From an uncultured bacterium (GTDB lineage: Bacteria; Fidelibacterota; Marinisomatia; Marinisomatales; AB-629-J13): a stretch of 64,000 nt of DNA. Of this stretch, positions 47,112 through 55,335 are shown in pieces; position 1 is the stretch's first letter, and every line of letters starts with the position of its first letter. A program made the position numbers and the translations under genes. The stretch covers positions 16,845-80,844 of the forward strand of contig CAYSQB010000001.1 in the NCBI GenBank assembly GCA_964433085.1, in the 5' to 3' direction. A model generated the notes under the pieces. The model saw only the letters and a program-made list of their open reading frames with translations. It made no database searches and was not told the DNA's origin.

Positions 47112-48236
47112 ATGACAAAAGACCAAGTTTTAAAGATATTATCTCAAATTAATTATCCGGGATTTAGCCGTGATATTGTATCATTTGGGCTGATTGATGA
47201 TATTTCAGTGAGCGATGAAAATGTCCGGGTCACATTGAAACTTTCCGCTGAAAAATCCAAACAAGAAGAAATGCATAAGAGGGTTCGTGATGAATTAGAA
47301 TCACTTGGGAAATTTAAGAATGTGGACGTTGTGATGACTGGAGCAGCTCAGCCAATGGACAACATCGCTCAGTCTATGAAACCGGAAAAGGTAAAGAATA
47401 TCATTGCAGTTGCCAGCGGGAAAGGTGGTGTTGGCAAATCTACAGTGGCAGCCAATATTGCCTGTTCATTTTCCCGGAAAGGATATAAGGTTGGACTTCT
47501 GGACCTTGATATTTATGGCCCATCTCTACCAATTATTCTGGGGATAAATGAATCCCCTAAACTCACCCAAGATAAAAAACTAGTTCCTTTGAACTGGAAA
47601 GGATTAAAAGTACTTAGTTTTGGATTTATTAGTGGTAATGATTCTCCGGCAATCTGGCGTGGTCCTCTGGTTGCACGGATGACTGAGCAGTTTTTCCGTG
47701 ATGTTTTATGGGGAGATTTAGATTATCTTATTTTGGATCTTCCACCAGGGACTGGAGATGTTCAGCTAACACTCACACAAAAAATTCAAATTAGCGGGGC
47801 GGTTATTGTAACGACACCACAGGATATTGCACTTTCTGATGTAAGAAAAGGCGCGGATATGTTTCGTAAAGTTAATACTCCAGTTTTAGGTGTGATTGAA
47901 AATATGTCTGGATTAACTTTACTTGGGACAGTATTTGACTCAGAAAACAATCCCCTGAAAAGCGGTACAATTAAAATGGATAATAAAGAAAGCACCCATA
48001 TATATATAGATGATAAAGGAGCATTTACTGTGACCATTGACTTGTTTAAAAAAGGAGGGGGAGAGAGAGAAAGTCAGCGTCTTGGAGTACCCTTGTTGGG
48101 AAAGATTCCTTTGTCCCAAGCTATCATGGACTCAACAGATTCAGGTGCACCAATCACATTTAGCTTACCTGACACATCTGCTTCAAAAATATTTTCAGAT
48201 ATTGTATTACAAATTGAAAATAAACTTATATCTTAA
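47112..48236 (+). CDS. Mrp/NBP35 (ApbC) family P-loop ATPase with N-terminal DUF59 domain; lacks CXXC
   Basis: Deviant Walker A ASGKGGVGKST, DLPPGTGD and IENMS. The expected CXXC is replaced by a Cys-free insert of about 44 aa. Confidence 0.85.
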   Translation: MTKDQVLKILSQINYPGFSRDIVSFGLIDDISVSDENVRVTLKLSAEKSKQEEMHKRVRDELESLGKFKNVDVVMTGAAQPMDNIAQSMKPEKVKNIIAVASGKGGVGKSTVAANIACSFSRKGYKVGLLDLDIYGPSLPIILGINESPKLTQDKKLVPLNWKGLKVLSFGFISGNDSPAIWRGPLVARMTEQFFRDVLWGDLDYLILDLPPGTGDVQLTLTQKIQISGAVIVTTPQDIALSDVRKGADMFRKVNTPVLGVIENMSGLTLLGTVFDSENNPLKSGTIKMDNKESTHIYIDDKGAFTVTIDLFKKGGGERESQRLGVPLLGKIPLSQAIMDSTDSGAPITFSLPDTSASKIFSDIVLQIENKLIS

Positions 48237-48393
48237 CTATAATGATTATTGAAATTGAATGTTTATTGAATAATGAAACTGATTTTAATATTTTGAAGGG
48301 AACAGAACTTCCTAAACTACATAGAAGAAGTAAAATGTCAACTTATATTCTCCAATTTTATATGGGATTTGTCCAATCAGTTTAAAAAAAAAC

Positions 48394-49125
48394 ATTCTAA
48401 AGCAAAAAAGCATACCTAAGCATATTGCAATTATCATGGACGGGAATGGTCGTTGGGCAAAGGAGCGTTCAATGTCTCGGCTATCAGGTCACCATGAGGG
48501 GATAAATTCAGTTAGGGAGATTACTAGGGTCTGCGGCGAAATTGAAGTAGATTATTTAACTTTGTATACATTTTCTACTGAAAACTGGAGAAGGCCAAAA
48601 AGAGAGGTGTCCGCTCTAATGAGGTTATTACTTCACACTATCCGGGATGAGATTAAAAACCTTCATGAAAACAAGGTGAAATTGACAACAATAGGAGATT
48701 TAAGTGCATTGCCAAAATCAGCACGAGAAAATATCCAGGAAGGAATAAAAATAACTAAAAATAACAATGGACTGAATCTCATATTAGCATTAAACTATGG
48801 AGCTAGACAAGAGATAACCCGATCAGTGAAGAAACTGATAGATCAAATTATGTCAGGGAAAACTGTGCCAGAAGCCATTACTGAACAAAAAATTTCTGAA
48901 AATTTATATACAAATATGATCAGGGATCCAGATTTGCTTATTAGAACTGGAGGAGAAAGACGAATTAGTAATTTTCTATTATGGCAATTGGCTTATTCAG
49001 AATTATATATGACCGATATCCATTGGCCAGCATTCAGGGAAGAACAGCTTTTAACAGCTGTTCAGGATTTTCAAAAAAGAGAGCGACGATTCGGAAAAAT
49101 AAGTAAGCAGCTAAAACCTTCATGA
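48394..49125 (+). CDS. uppS: undecaprenyl-diphosphate synthase; start inferred at ATT
   Basis: DGNGRWA, GHHEG, FSTENWRRP and RTGGERRISNFLLWQ. The conserved IPKHIAII lies upstream of the first ATG (48436), in an open frame with no canonical start. Confidence 0.9.
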   Translation: MLKQKSIPKHIAIIMDGNGRWAKERSMSRLSGHHEGINSVREITRVCGEIEVDYLTLYTFSTENWRRPKREVSALMRLLLHTIRDEIKNLHENKVKLTTIGDLSALPKSARENIQEGIKITKNNNGLNLILALNYGARQEITRSVKKLIDQIMSGKTVPEAITEQKISENLYTNMIRDPDLLIRTGGERRISNFLLWQLAYSELYMTDIHWPAFREEQLLTAVQDFQKRERRFGKISKQLKPS

Positions 49126-51521
49126 GGAATATATTTTATAATCTTTTTTTACTCTTTTGTTTTTTCTGTGTATTTACACAGGCTCAATCTAAAATAAAGA
49201 TTCTTGATGTGGGGATTGAGGGGAATGTTGTTACAACTGATAGGATGATTCGATATACAGCTTCATTAAAAATTGGGAATGAAATCAATCCAGGAGATTT
49301 CTCAAAGGCGGTGAAGCGATTATGGAGATTAGGGATGTTTTCGGATATTCAAATTCGGCTTGACGAGGAAACGGATGAGGGTATTAAAATTACTATTATT
49401 GTTGAAGAAACTCCCATTCTCGGGAAAATCTTTTTTAAAGGTAATAAGAAAATTAAAGATTCTCAATTGGAAGAAAAATTGATGCTTGTCTCTGGGCAGC
49501 GGCTTAAACTGAATACTGTTCATGAAAAAATCCAGGAATTAAAAACAATATATGCAGAAGAAGGATTTTTGTTAGTAGACATAGAAAGTGAGCTGTCTCA
49601 GGCAAAAACTGTTCGGTCAAATGACCCAAAAATCCTGAATATCACAAAAGATTTAACATTTAATATAAAAGAGAACCGTAAAGTAAGAATTGGGGCTATT
49701 AAATTTGATGGGAACAAATCTTTCTCTGATTGGCGGCTCAGGAGAGTGATAAAAAACACAAAACAACAAAGGTGGTATCTATTTTGGCGGTCTCATTTTG
49801 ATACGGAGAAATTTGAAGAAGATATTGAGTCGCTTACCGCATTTTACAAAAATAAGGGATACCGGGACTTTATGTTTCTTTCAGACTCAATAGAGTACAG
49901 TAATGATAACAAAAAAATGAACGTTTATATAAAATTTACAGAGGGAGAAAAGTATAAATTTAGAAATTTCACTTGGGAAGGTAATACTTTATATGATGGA
50001 GAAACTCTAGGCCGCGCATTGGGACTAAAAAGTGGTGATACATACAATGAAGAAGATTTTAATAAAGCCATTTATGAACGTATGCAAAGTCTTTACATGG
50101 ATAGAGGATATATTTATAGCCGAGTTGAACCTTTGGTAACCCCCGTTGGAATAGACTCTCTGGATGTTCATTTCCGAATATTGGAAAACCACAAAGTCTT
50201 TGTAAGAAATATTATGATTGGTGGTAATACCAAAACAAGGGAAAATGTGATTCGACGTGAATTAAGGATTTTCCCTGGAGATGTGTTTAGTAGGGAAAAA
50301 TTAATTCGTAGTCAACAGGCTGCCTGGATGCTAAACTATTTTTCTAATGTAGTCCCAGATATGGTACCAGTAGATGAAGACCAGGTGGATTTAGACATAG
50401 TGGTTGAAGAAAAATCTGCTGACCGGGCAAATGCTAATATCGGGTTTACCGGTGAATATGGGATGACCGGTGGTGGTGGGCTCGAGTTTAATAATTTCAG
50501 AGGTCTAGGTCAGCGATTAATGTTCAGTTTTAATACAGGGACCAATTATTCAATTTATACTACCAGTACTCCCGCAAAATACCAATCAATAAGTCTCAGT
50601 TTTACTGATCCCATGGTGTACGATACACCAAATTTAATAGGATTTTCAATCTATTATTCATTCAGAGGTGCATCAACAAATTATTATTTTCCTCTAGACT
50701 TTACTGCAAAAGGCGGATCTGTTACATGGGGAAGACGTTTTCGCTGGCCCGATGATTATTTTAGAGGAAACTGGGCCTTGCGAGGCGTTGAAAAAGAATA
50801 TAGTGGAAATCAGGCTGATCTTGATCGATATGTGAAAGGATTAAATGTTTCCAGAGGAATAAATCTGACGCAAATAATCAGCAGAGACAGCAGAAATCGG
50901 CCTGAGTTTCCCACATTGGGGTCCCTGTTTTCCTTGGAAACCACACTATCTGGTGGCCCTTTAGGAGGGAATGAAGACTTTCATAAACATGTTTTGAAGT
51001 TAGAGTGGTATACACCTACATTCTGGAAATTTGTTTTGAAAAGTTCTTTTAATTTGGGAATGATAGAATCTCTGCCTTCGGAGAAAGACGAACTTTCTAT
51101 CATTCCATTTGATGAACGATTCATTATGGGTGGGAATGGAATCCCTTATGGGAATATGCTTAGAGGATATCCAGATAACTCCATTGGACCTGTTACCTCA
51201 GGCGGTAGCCCAATTGGGGGAAATGCTATGATAAAATTCAATACAGAATTCAGGTTTCCCTTTTCAGAAAATCCAGTTGTTTATGGTTTGATTTTTGGTG
51301 AGATGGGGAATGTCTGGAATTCATATCATATGAATGAACCATTTAATATATCCCGAGGCGGTGCATTGACATTAAGAAAATCAGCAGGGGTCGGCATTCG
51401 GTTTTTTATGCCGATGATAGGCATGCTGGGATTTGATTTAGGTTATGGATTTGATGATATAACCGGATCAGGCACTCCACAAGGATGGACGACGACCATA
51501 ATATTTGGACAACCATTTTAA
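49122..51521 (+). CDS. bamA: outer membrane protein assembly factor BamA
   Basis: Signal peptide, POTRA repeats and an Omp85 barrel ending IIFGQPF. ATGA overlap with uppS. Confidence 0.93.
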   Translation: MRNIFYNLFLLFCFFCVFTQAQSKIKILDVGIEGNVVTTDRMIRYTASLKIGNEINPGDFSKAVKRLWRLGMFSDIQIRLDEETDEGIKITIIVEETPILGKIFFKGNKKIKDSQLEEKLMLVSGQRLKLNTVHEKIQELKTIYAEEGFLLVDIESELSQAKTVRSNDPKILNITKDLTFNIKENRKVRIGAIKFDGNKSFSDWRLRRVIKNTKQQRWYLFWRSHFDTEKFEEDIESLTAFYKNKGYRDFMFLSDSIEYSNDNKKMNVYIKFTEGEKYKFRNFTWEGNTLYDGETLGRALGLKSGDTYNEEDFNKAIYERMQSLYMDRGYIYSRVEPLVTPVGIDSLDVHFRILENHKVFVRNIMIGGNTKTRENVIRRELRIFPGDVFSREKLIRSQQAAWMLNYFSNVVPDMVPVDEDQVDLDIVVEEKSADRANANIGFTGEYGMTGGGGLEFNNFRGLGQRLMFSFNTGTNYSIYTTSTPAKYQSISLSFTDPMVYDTPNLIGFSIYYSFRGASTNYYFPLDFTAKGGSVTWGRRFRWPDDYFRGNWALRGVEKEYSGNQADLDRYVKGLNVSRGINLTQIISRDSRNRPEFPTLGSLFSLETTLSGGPLGGNEDFHKHVLKLEWYTPTFWKFVLKSSFNLGMIESLPSEKDELSIIPFDERFIMGGNGIPYGNMLRGYPDNSIGPVTSGGSPIGGNAMIKFNTEFRFPFSENPVVYGLIFGEMGNVWNSYHMNEPFNISRGGALTLRKSAGVGIRFFMPMIGMLGFDLGYGFDDITGSGTPQGWTTTIIFGQPF

Positions 51522-51543
51522 TTAATATATTAGGAGAAAAAAA

Positions 51544-52080
51544 GTGAATAAAAATACAAAATATATATTTACACTTATAAGCATAGTTTTATTTCCGATG
51601 ATACTTTTTGGTCAGTTAAAAGTGGGATATGTTGCTTCAGACAGAATTCGATTGGAATATGAGGAGTTCAAAGAATCAGAGTCTCAATTGCAATTGGATT
51701 TTCAAAAGATTCAATTTGAATATCAGGAGATGGTGAAAGAATTAGATAGTTTAAAACAGGCATTTGATACTCAGCGATTGATGAGTTCTCCTGAATGGCG
51801 GCGGGAAAAAGAACAGAATATTAAAGATAAAGAAACGGCAATTCAGAACTTTCAGGCAAAAAAAGTTGGGCCTGAAGGTGATTTAGTAAAAAAACAATCT
51901 CAAATGGAATATGAATTACTCTCCAAGGTAAAAAAGGCAGTTGATAATGTTGCTATAGAAAAAGGGTATGATTTTATTTTTGATGGATCTATATCTCTGC
52001 TATATGGAAAACCCACTCATGATTTAACCGATGATGTGTTGCATGAATTGAGAAAAGTCAGTAGTAATACACCTAAATAG
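51544..52080 (+). CDS. skp: OmpH/Skp family periplasmic chaperone
   Basis: Signal peptide and a coiled-coil-rich 178-aa protein in the conserved position between bamA and lpxD. GTG start. Confidence 0.8.
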   Translation: MNKNTKYIFTLISIVLFPMILFGQLKVGYVASDRIRLEYEEFKESESQLQLDFQKIQFEYQEMVKELDSLKQAFDTQRLMSSPEWRREKEQNIKDKETAIQNFQAKKVGPEGDLVKKQSQMEYELLSKVKKAVDNVAIEKGYDFIFDGSISLLYGKPTHDLTDDVLHELRKVSSNTPK

Positions 52081-52088
52081 GTATTTAT

Positions 52089-53090
52089 TTGCCAACATTG
52101 GAGCAATTGGCAGAATTAGTAGGAGGGGAACCAGTTGGTCAATCTGACTTGATTGTTTCTGGTGTATCTGAGATACAAGATGGGGAACAGGGGACAATAT
52201 CTTTTTTAGCAAATCCTATGTATAAAAAATATGTAGAGTCCACGAAAGCTTCGGCAGTAGTTGTTTCAGATTCTTCACTGTTAAATGGACAAAACGGAAT
52301 TGTAGTTCGAAACCCTCAGCTTGCATTTTCAAAAATTCTAGGTGAATTCAGCCCAAGATATACAACACAAAAAGGTATTCATCCCACTGCTGTTGTTGAT
52401 CCGTCTGTGCACTTAGGGGATGCTGTTTCTGTAGGAGCCAATGCTGTAATCCAAGAAAATGTAACTATTGGAGAAGGGACCAGGGTCGAAGCCAACTCAG
52501 TGATAGGTTGTAATACTGTAATTGGAAAAGAATGTAGAATCCATCCTCGTGTCACAATTTATCATGATTGCACCATTGGAGATCGTGTTGTTATTTTCAG
52601 CGGAACTGTGATAGGATGCGATGGTTTCGGATTTGTAACGGAACAGAATACCCACTATAAGATTCCTCAAATTGGCAAAGTGATTATTGGAAGTGATGTA
52701 GAAATAGGTGCAAATTGTGCAATTGACCGAGCTACTATAGGAGAAACAATCATAGGAAAGATGACCAAATTAGACAATCTCATTCATATTGCTCATAATG
52801 TTAAGATAGGGGTGGGATGTCTCCTTGCTGCAGGCGTAGGTATTGCAGGAAGTGTGACCATCGAAGATTATTGTATATTAGCTGGACAATCAGGTGTTGT
52901 TCCTCATGTTACTATTGGGACTAAATCTATTATTGCAGTCAAATCAGGAGTAACAAAATCTCTAAAGGGTGGAGAGATATATTCAGGGATGCCAGCTAGG
53001 AAAATTCGTGAACAGAATAAAAAAGATGCCATATTATCATCGGTTTCCCTGTTGAAAAACCGAATAGAAAAATTAGAAAAATCACTTTAA
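52089..53090 (+). CDS. lpxD: UDP-3-O-acylglucosamine N-acyltransferase
   Basis: N-terminal LpxD domain (ISFLANPMYKKY) and hexapeptide repeats. TTG start. Confidence 0.92.
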   Translation: MPTLEQLAELVGGEPVGQSDLIVSGVSEIQDGEQGTISFLANPMYKKYVESTKASAVVVSDSSLLNGQNGIVVRNPQLAFSKILGEFSPRYTTQKGIHPTAVVDPSVHLGDAVSVGANAVIQENVTIGEGTRVEANSVIGCNTVIGKECRIHPRVTIYHDCTIGDRVVIFSGTVIGCDGFGFVTEQNTHYKIPQIGKVIIGSDVEIGANCAIDRATIGETIIGKMTKLDNLIHIAHNVKIGVGCLLAAGVGIAGSVTIEDYCILAGQSGVVPHVTIGTKSIIAVKSGVTKSLKGGEIYSGMPARKIREQNKKDAILSSVSLLKNRIEKLEKSL

Positions 53091-53093
53091 AAA

Positions 53094-54029
53094 ATGACAC
53101 TTCAACATAGGTTCCAGCGCACTATTTCAAAGCCAGTTTCCTGTACAGGAGTTGGACTACATACGGGACTTGAAAGCACAATTACATTCAGGCCTGCTCC
53201 TGAAGATTTTGGCATACATTTTATACGGCAGGACATAAAAAATTGTCCCGAAATTATGGCAGACATAGATCATGTTGTGGATATTTCCAGAGGGACTACT
53301 ATCGAACAAAACGGGGTCAAAATTTTTACTGTTGAACATGCACTTGCGGCGGTTTCGGGCTTGCGAATTGACAATGTGTTAATTGAATTGAGCGCAAAAG
53401 AACCTCCAGTTATGGATGGTAGTTCAAAGGACTTTGTTGAAGTGCTGCAAAATGCAAATATTTTGGAACAGAAAAAACCTCGAAGAGTGTTGGAAATATC
53501 TGAACCGGTTTCCTATTCAGATCCAAAAAGAGGCGTAGATATTCACGTTGTCCCTTCTGACCAATTTAGAGTCACCTTTATGATTGATTATAAACTTCCA
53601 TCCCTAGGCTCTCAATATACTGCTGTTTACAATATGCAGGAGGATTTTGCACGAGAGGTTGCACCTGCAAGGACATTCTGTTTCTTAAGTGAGATTGAAG
53701 AACTCAAAGAAGCTGGCCTAATTAAAGGGGGAGGTTTAGATAACGCCGTAGTTATTGTTGATAAAGAAATTAACTATTATGAGGTGAACAAGCTCAAATC
53801 GCTTTTTGGGATAGAGGAAGAAATTATAATGGGCGCTAATGGTATTTTGAATGGAAAGAGGTTAAGGTATAAAAATGAGCCGGTTCGCCATAAAACTCTG
53901 GATCTAATTGGAGATATGGCCTTGCTTGGATACCCAATTAAAGGCCATGTTACTGCTGCAAGAAGTGGGCACGCTAGCAATGTAGAATTTGTTAAAATGA
54001 TTCGCAGTACTTATTCAGAATTTTTTTAG
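53094..54029 (+). CDS. lpxC: UDP-3-O-acyl-N-acetylglucosamine deacetylase
   Basis: GVGLHTG, TVEHALAA, EPPVMDGS and HKTLDLIGD. Confidence 0.93.
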   Translation: MTLQHRFQRTISKPVSCTGVGLHTGLESTITFRPAPEDFGIHFIRQDIKNCPEIMADIDHVVDISRGTTIEQNGVKIFTVEHALAAVSGLRIDNVLIELSAKEPPVMDGSSKDFVEVLQNANILEQKKPRRVLEISEPVSYSDPKRGVDIHVVPSDQFRVTFMIDYKLPSLGSQYTAVYNMQEDFAREVAPARTFCFLSEIEELKEAGLIKGGGLDNAVVIVDKEINYYEVNKLKSLFGIEEEIIMGANGILNGKRLRYKNEPVRHKTLDLIGDMALLGYPIKGHVTAARSGHASNVEFVKMIRSTYSEFF

Positions 54030-54038
54030 TAGTTACCC

Positions 54039-54485
54039 ATGCCAAAGCCTTCCTTTTTAATCGAGGACATATTAAAGATTGTCCCACATCGTTATCCGTT
54101 TATACTTATTGATCGTATTATAAATTATAATCCTGGGGATAAATTAACGGCAATTAAAAATGTAACCATAAACGAGAATTTTTTTCAAGGTCATTTTCCT
54201 AATCAACCCGTAATGCCAGGAGTACTGATTTTGGAAGCTATGGCACAGGCAGGAGCATTTTTGGTTCTAAATACAGTTGATAATCCATTGGAAAAGAATA
54301 TGTTTTTTACAGGTATTTCTAATTCAAAATTTAGAGCACCTGTAACTCCAGGGGATCAATTACGTTTGGAAATAAAATTAATTAAAATTAAGCTAACTGC
54401 GGTGCGGTTGCAGGGAGAAGCCTATGTGGAAGATAAACTAGTTGCCCAGGCGCTCATTATGGCCAATATTGTTAATAGAGCATAA
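54039..54485 (+). CDS. fabZ: 3-hydroxyacyl-ACP dehydratase FabZ
   Basis: HRYPFILIDRI and FFQGHFPNQPVMPGVL. Confidence 0.95.
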   Translation: MPKPSFLIEDILKIVPHRYPFILIDRIINYNPGDKLTAIKNVTINENFFQGHFPNQPVMPGVLILEAMAQAGAFLVLNTVDNPLEKNMFFTGISNSKFRAPVTPGDQLRLEIKLIKIKLTAVRLQGEAYVEDKLVAQALIMANIVNRA

Positions 54486-54490
54486 GGGAG
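54485..54490 (+). promoter_or_regulatory. Shine-Dalgarno-like AGGGAG 6 nt upstream of proposed ATT start of lpxA
   Basis: The sequence reads ...TAAGGGAGaaattaATTtctacc.... SD-like motifs are sporadic in this window, so its placement is notable. Confidence 0.55.
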
Positions 54491-54496
54491 AAATTA

Positions 54497-55270
54497 ATTT
54501 CTACCTCCATTCATCCTACAGCCATAGTACACAAAGGAGCTGATTTAGGCGAAAACGTAAGCATAGGTCCTTTTGTATATATTGCAAATGGTGTAACAAT
54601 TGGTTCAGGAACAAAAGTTGAAAATTTTGCAGTTATTAAATCCAATACATTTATCGGAGAAAATTGTAGAATATTTCAAGGATCTGTCATTGGGGAAATT
54701 CCACAAGATTTAAAGTTTGCCGGTGAAAAGACAGAAACAAGGGTTGGTGATAATACCACCATTAGGGAATTCGTGACCATAAACAGAGGGACCTCAGCTT
54801 TAGGATATACTGAAGTTGGGGAAAATGTTTTATTGATGGCCTATTGCCACATTGCCCATGATTGTATAGTAGGAGATAATGTTATCATGGCGAATATGGC
54901 AACATTGGGAGGTCATGTAGAGCTTGGAAATTGGGCATTTTTGGGGGGTGGTGTTTTGGTACATCAATTTTGTAAAGTTGGGGAACATTCTTTAATCGCT
55001 GCCGGATTCAGGGCAGTACAGGACGTTCCTCCTTTTATATGGGCCTCAGGTGAGCCGATTCAATACAGTGGTATAAATAATGTGGGTTTAAAAAGAAGAG
55101 GATTTTCGTCTGAAGAAAGGCGATTAATAAAGCAGATTTACATGTTATATTTTCGCTCAAAACTTCCCAGAGTGAAAGCACTGAATAAGATTAAAATTCA
55201 ATTTTCAAAGAATCCTTTGGGAAAAACAATTGTAGATTTTATTGAAAAAAGTAACCGGGGAATTATATAA
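54497..55270 (+). CDS. lpxA: acyl-ACP--UDP-N-acetylglucosamine O-acyltransferase; ATT start inferred
   Basis: The frame is open from 54479. It encodes (I)STSIHPTAIVHKGADLGENVSIGPF...PQDLKFAGE...TINRGT, continuous with the ORF-track fragment (54773-55270). The product is 257 aa. There is no ATG/GTG/TTG before 54773. Confidence 0.9.
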   Translation: MSTSIHPTAIVHKGADLGENVSIGPFVYIANGVTIGSGTKVENFAVIKSNTFIGENCRIFQGSVIGEIPQDLKFAGEKTETRVGDNTTIREFVTINRGTSALGYTEVGENVLLMAYCHIAHDCIVGDNVIMANMATLGGHVELGNWAFLGGGVLVHQFCKVGEHSLIAAGFRAVQDVPPFIWASGEPIQYSGINNVGLKRRGFSSEERRLIKQIYMLYFRSKLPRVKALNKIKIQFSKNPLGKTIVDFIEKSNRGII

Positions 55271-55335
55271 GCAAGTATTATTATTGTGTCCTAATTGATA
55301 ACAAAATTTTCTCAAATAAAAAATTAGGTTTATTA

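Noticed and set aside
48335-48394. The idea that a frameshift or an indel in the A9 run (48384-48392) fuses the ATG-initiated 16-codon ORF to uppS.
   Set aside because: The short ORF's TAA (48383-48385) begins at or before the A-run, so changing the run length would not remove the stop. The peptide MSTYILQFYMGFVQSV does not resemble UppS N-termini, and there is no X_XXY_YYZ slippery geometry. It is kept only as a possible coupling uORF.
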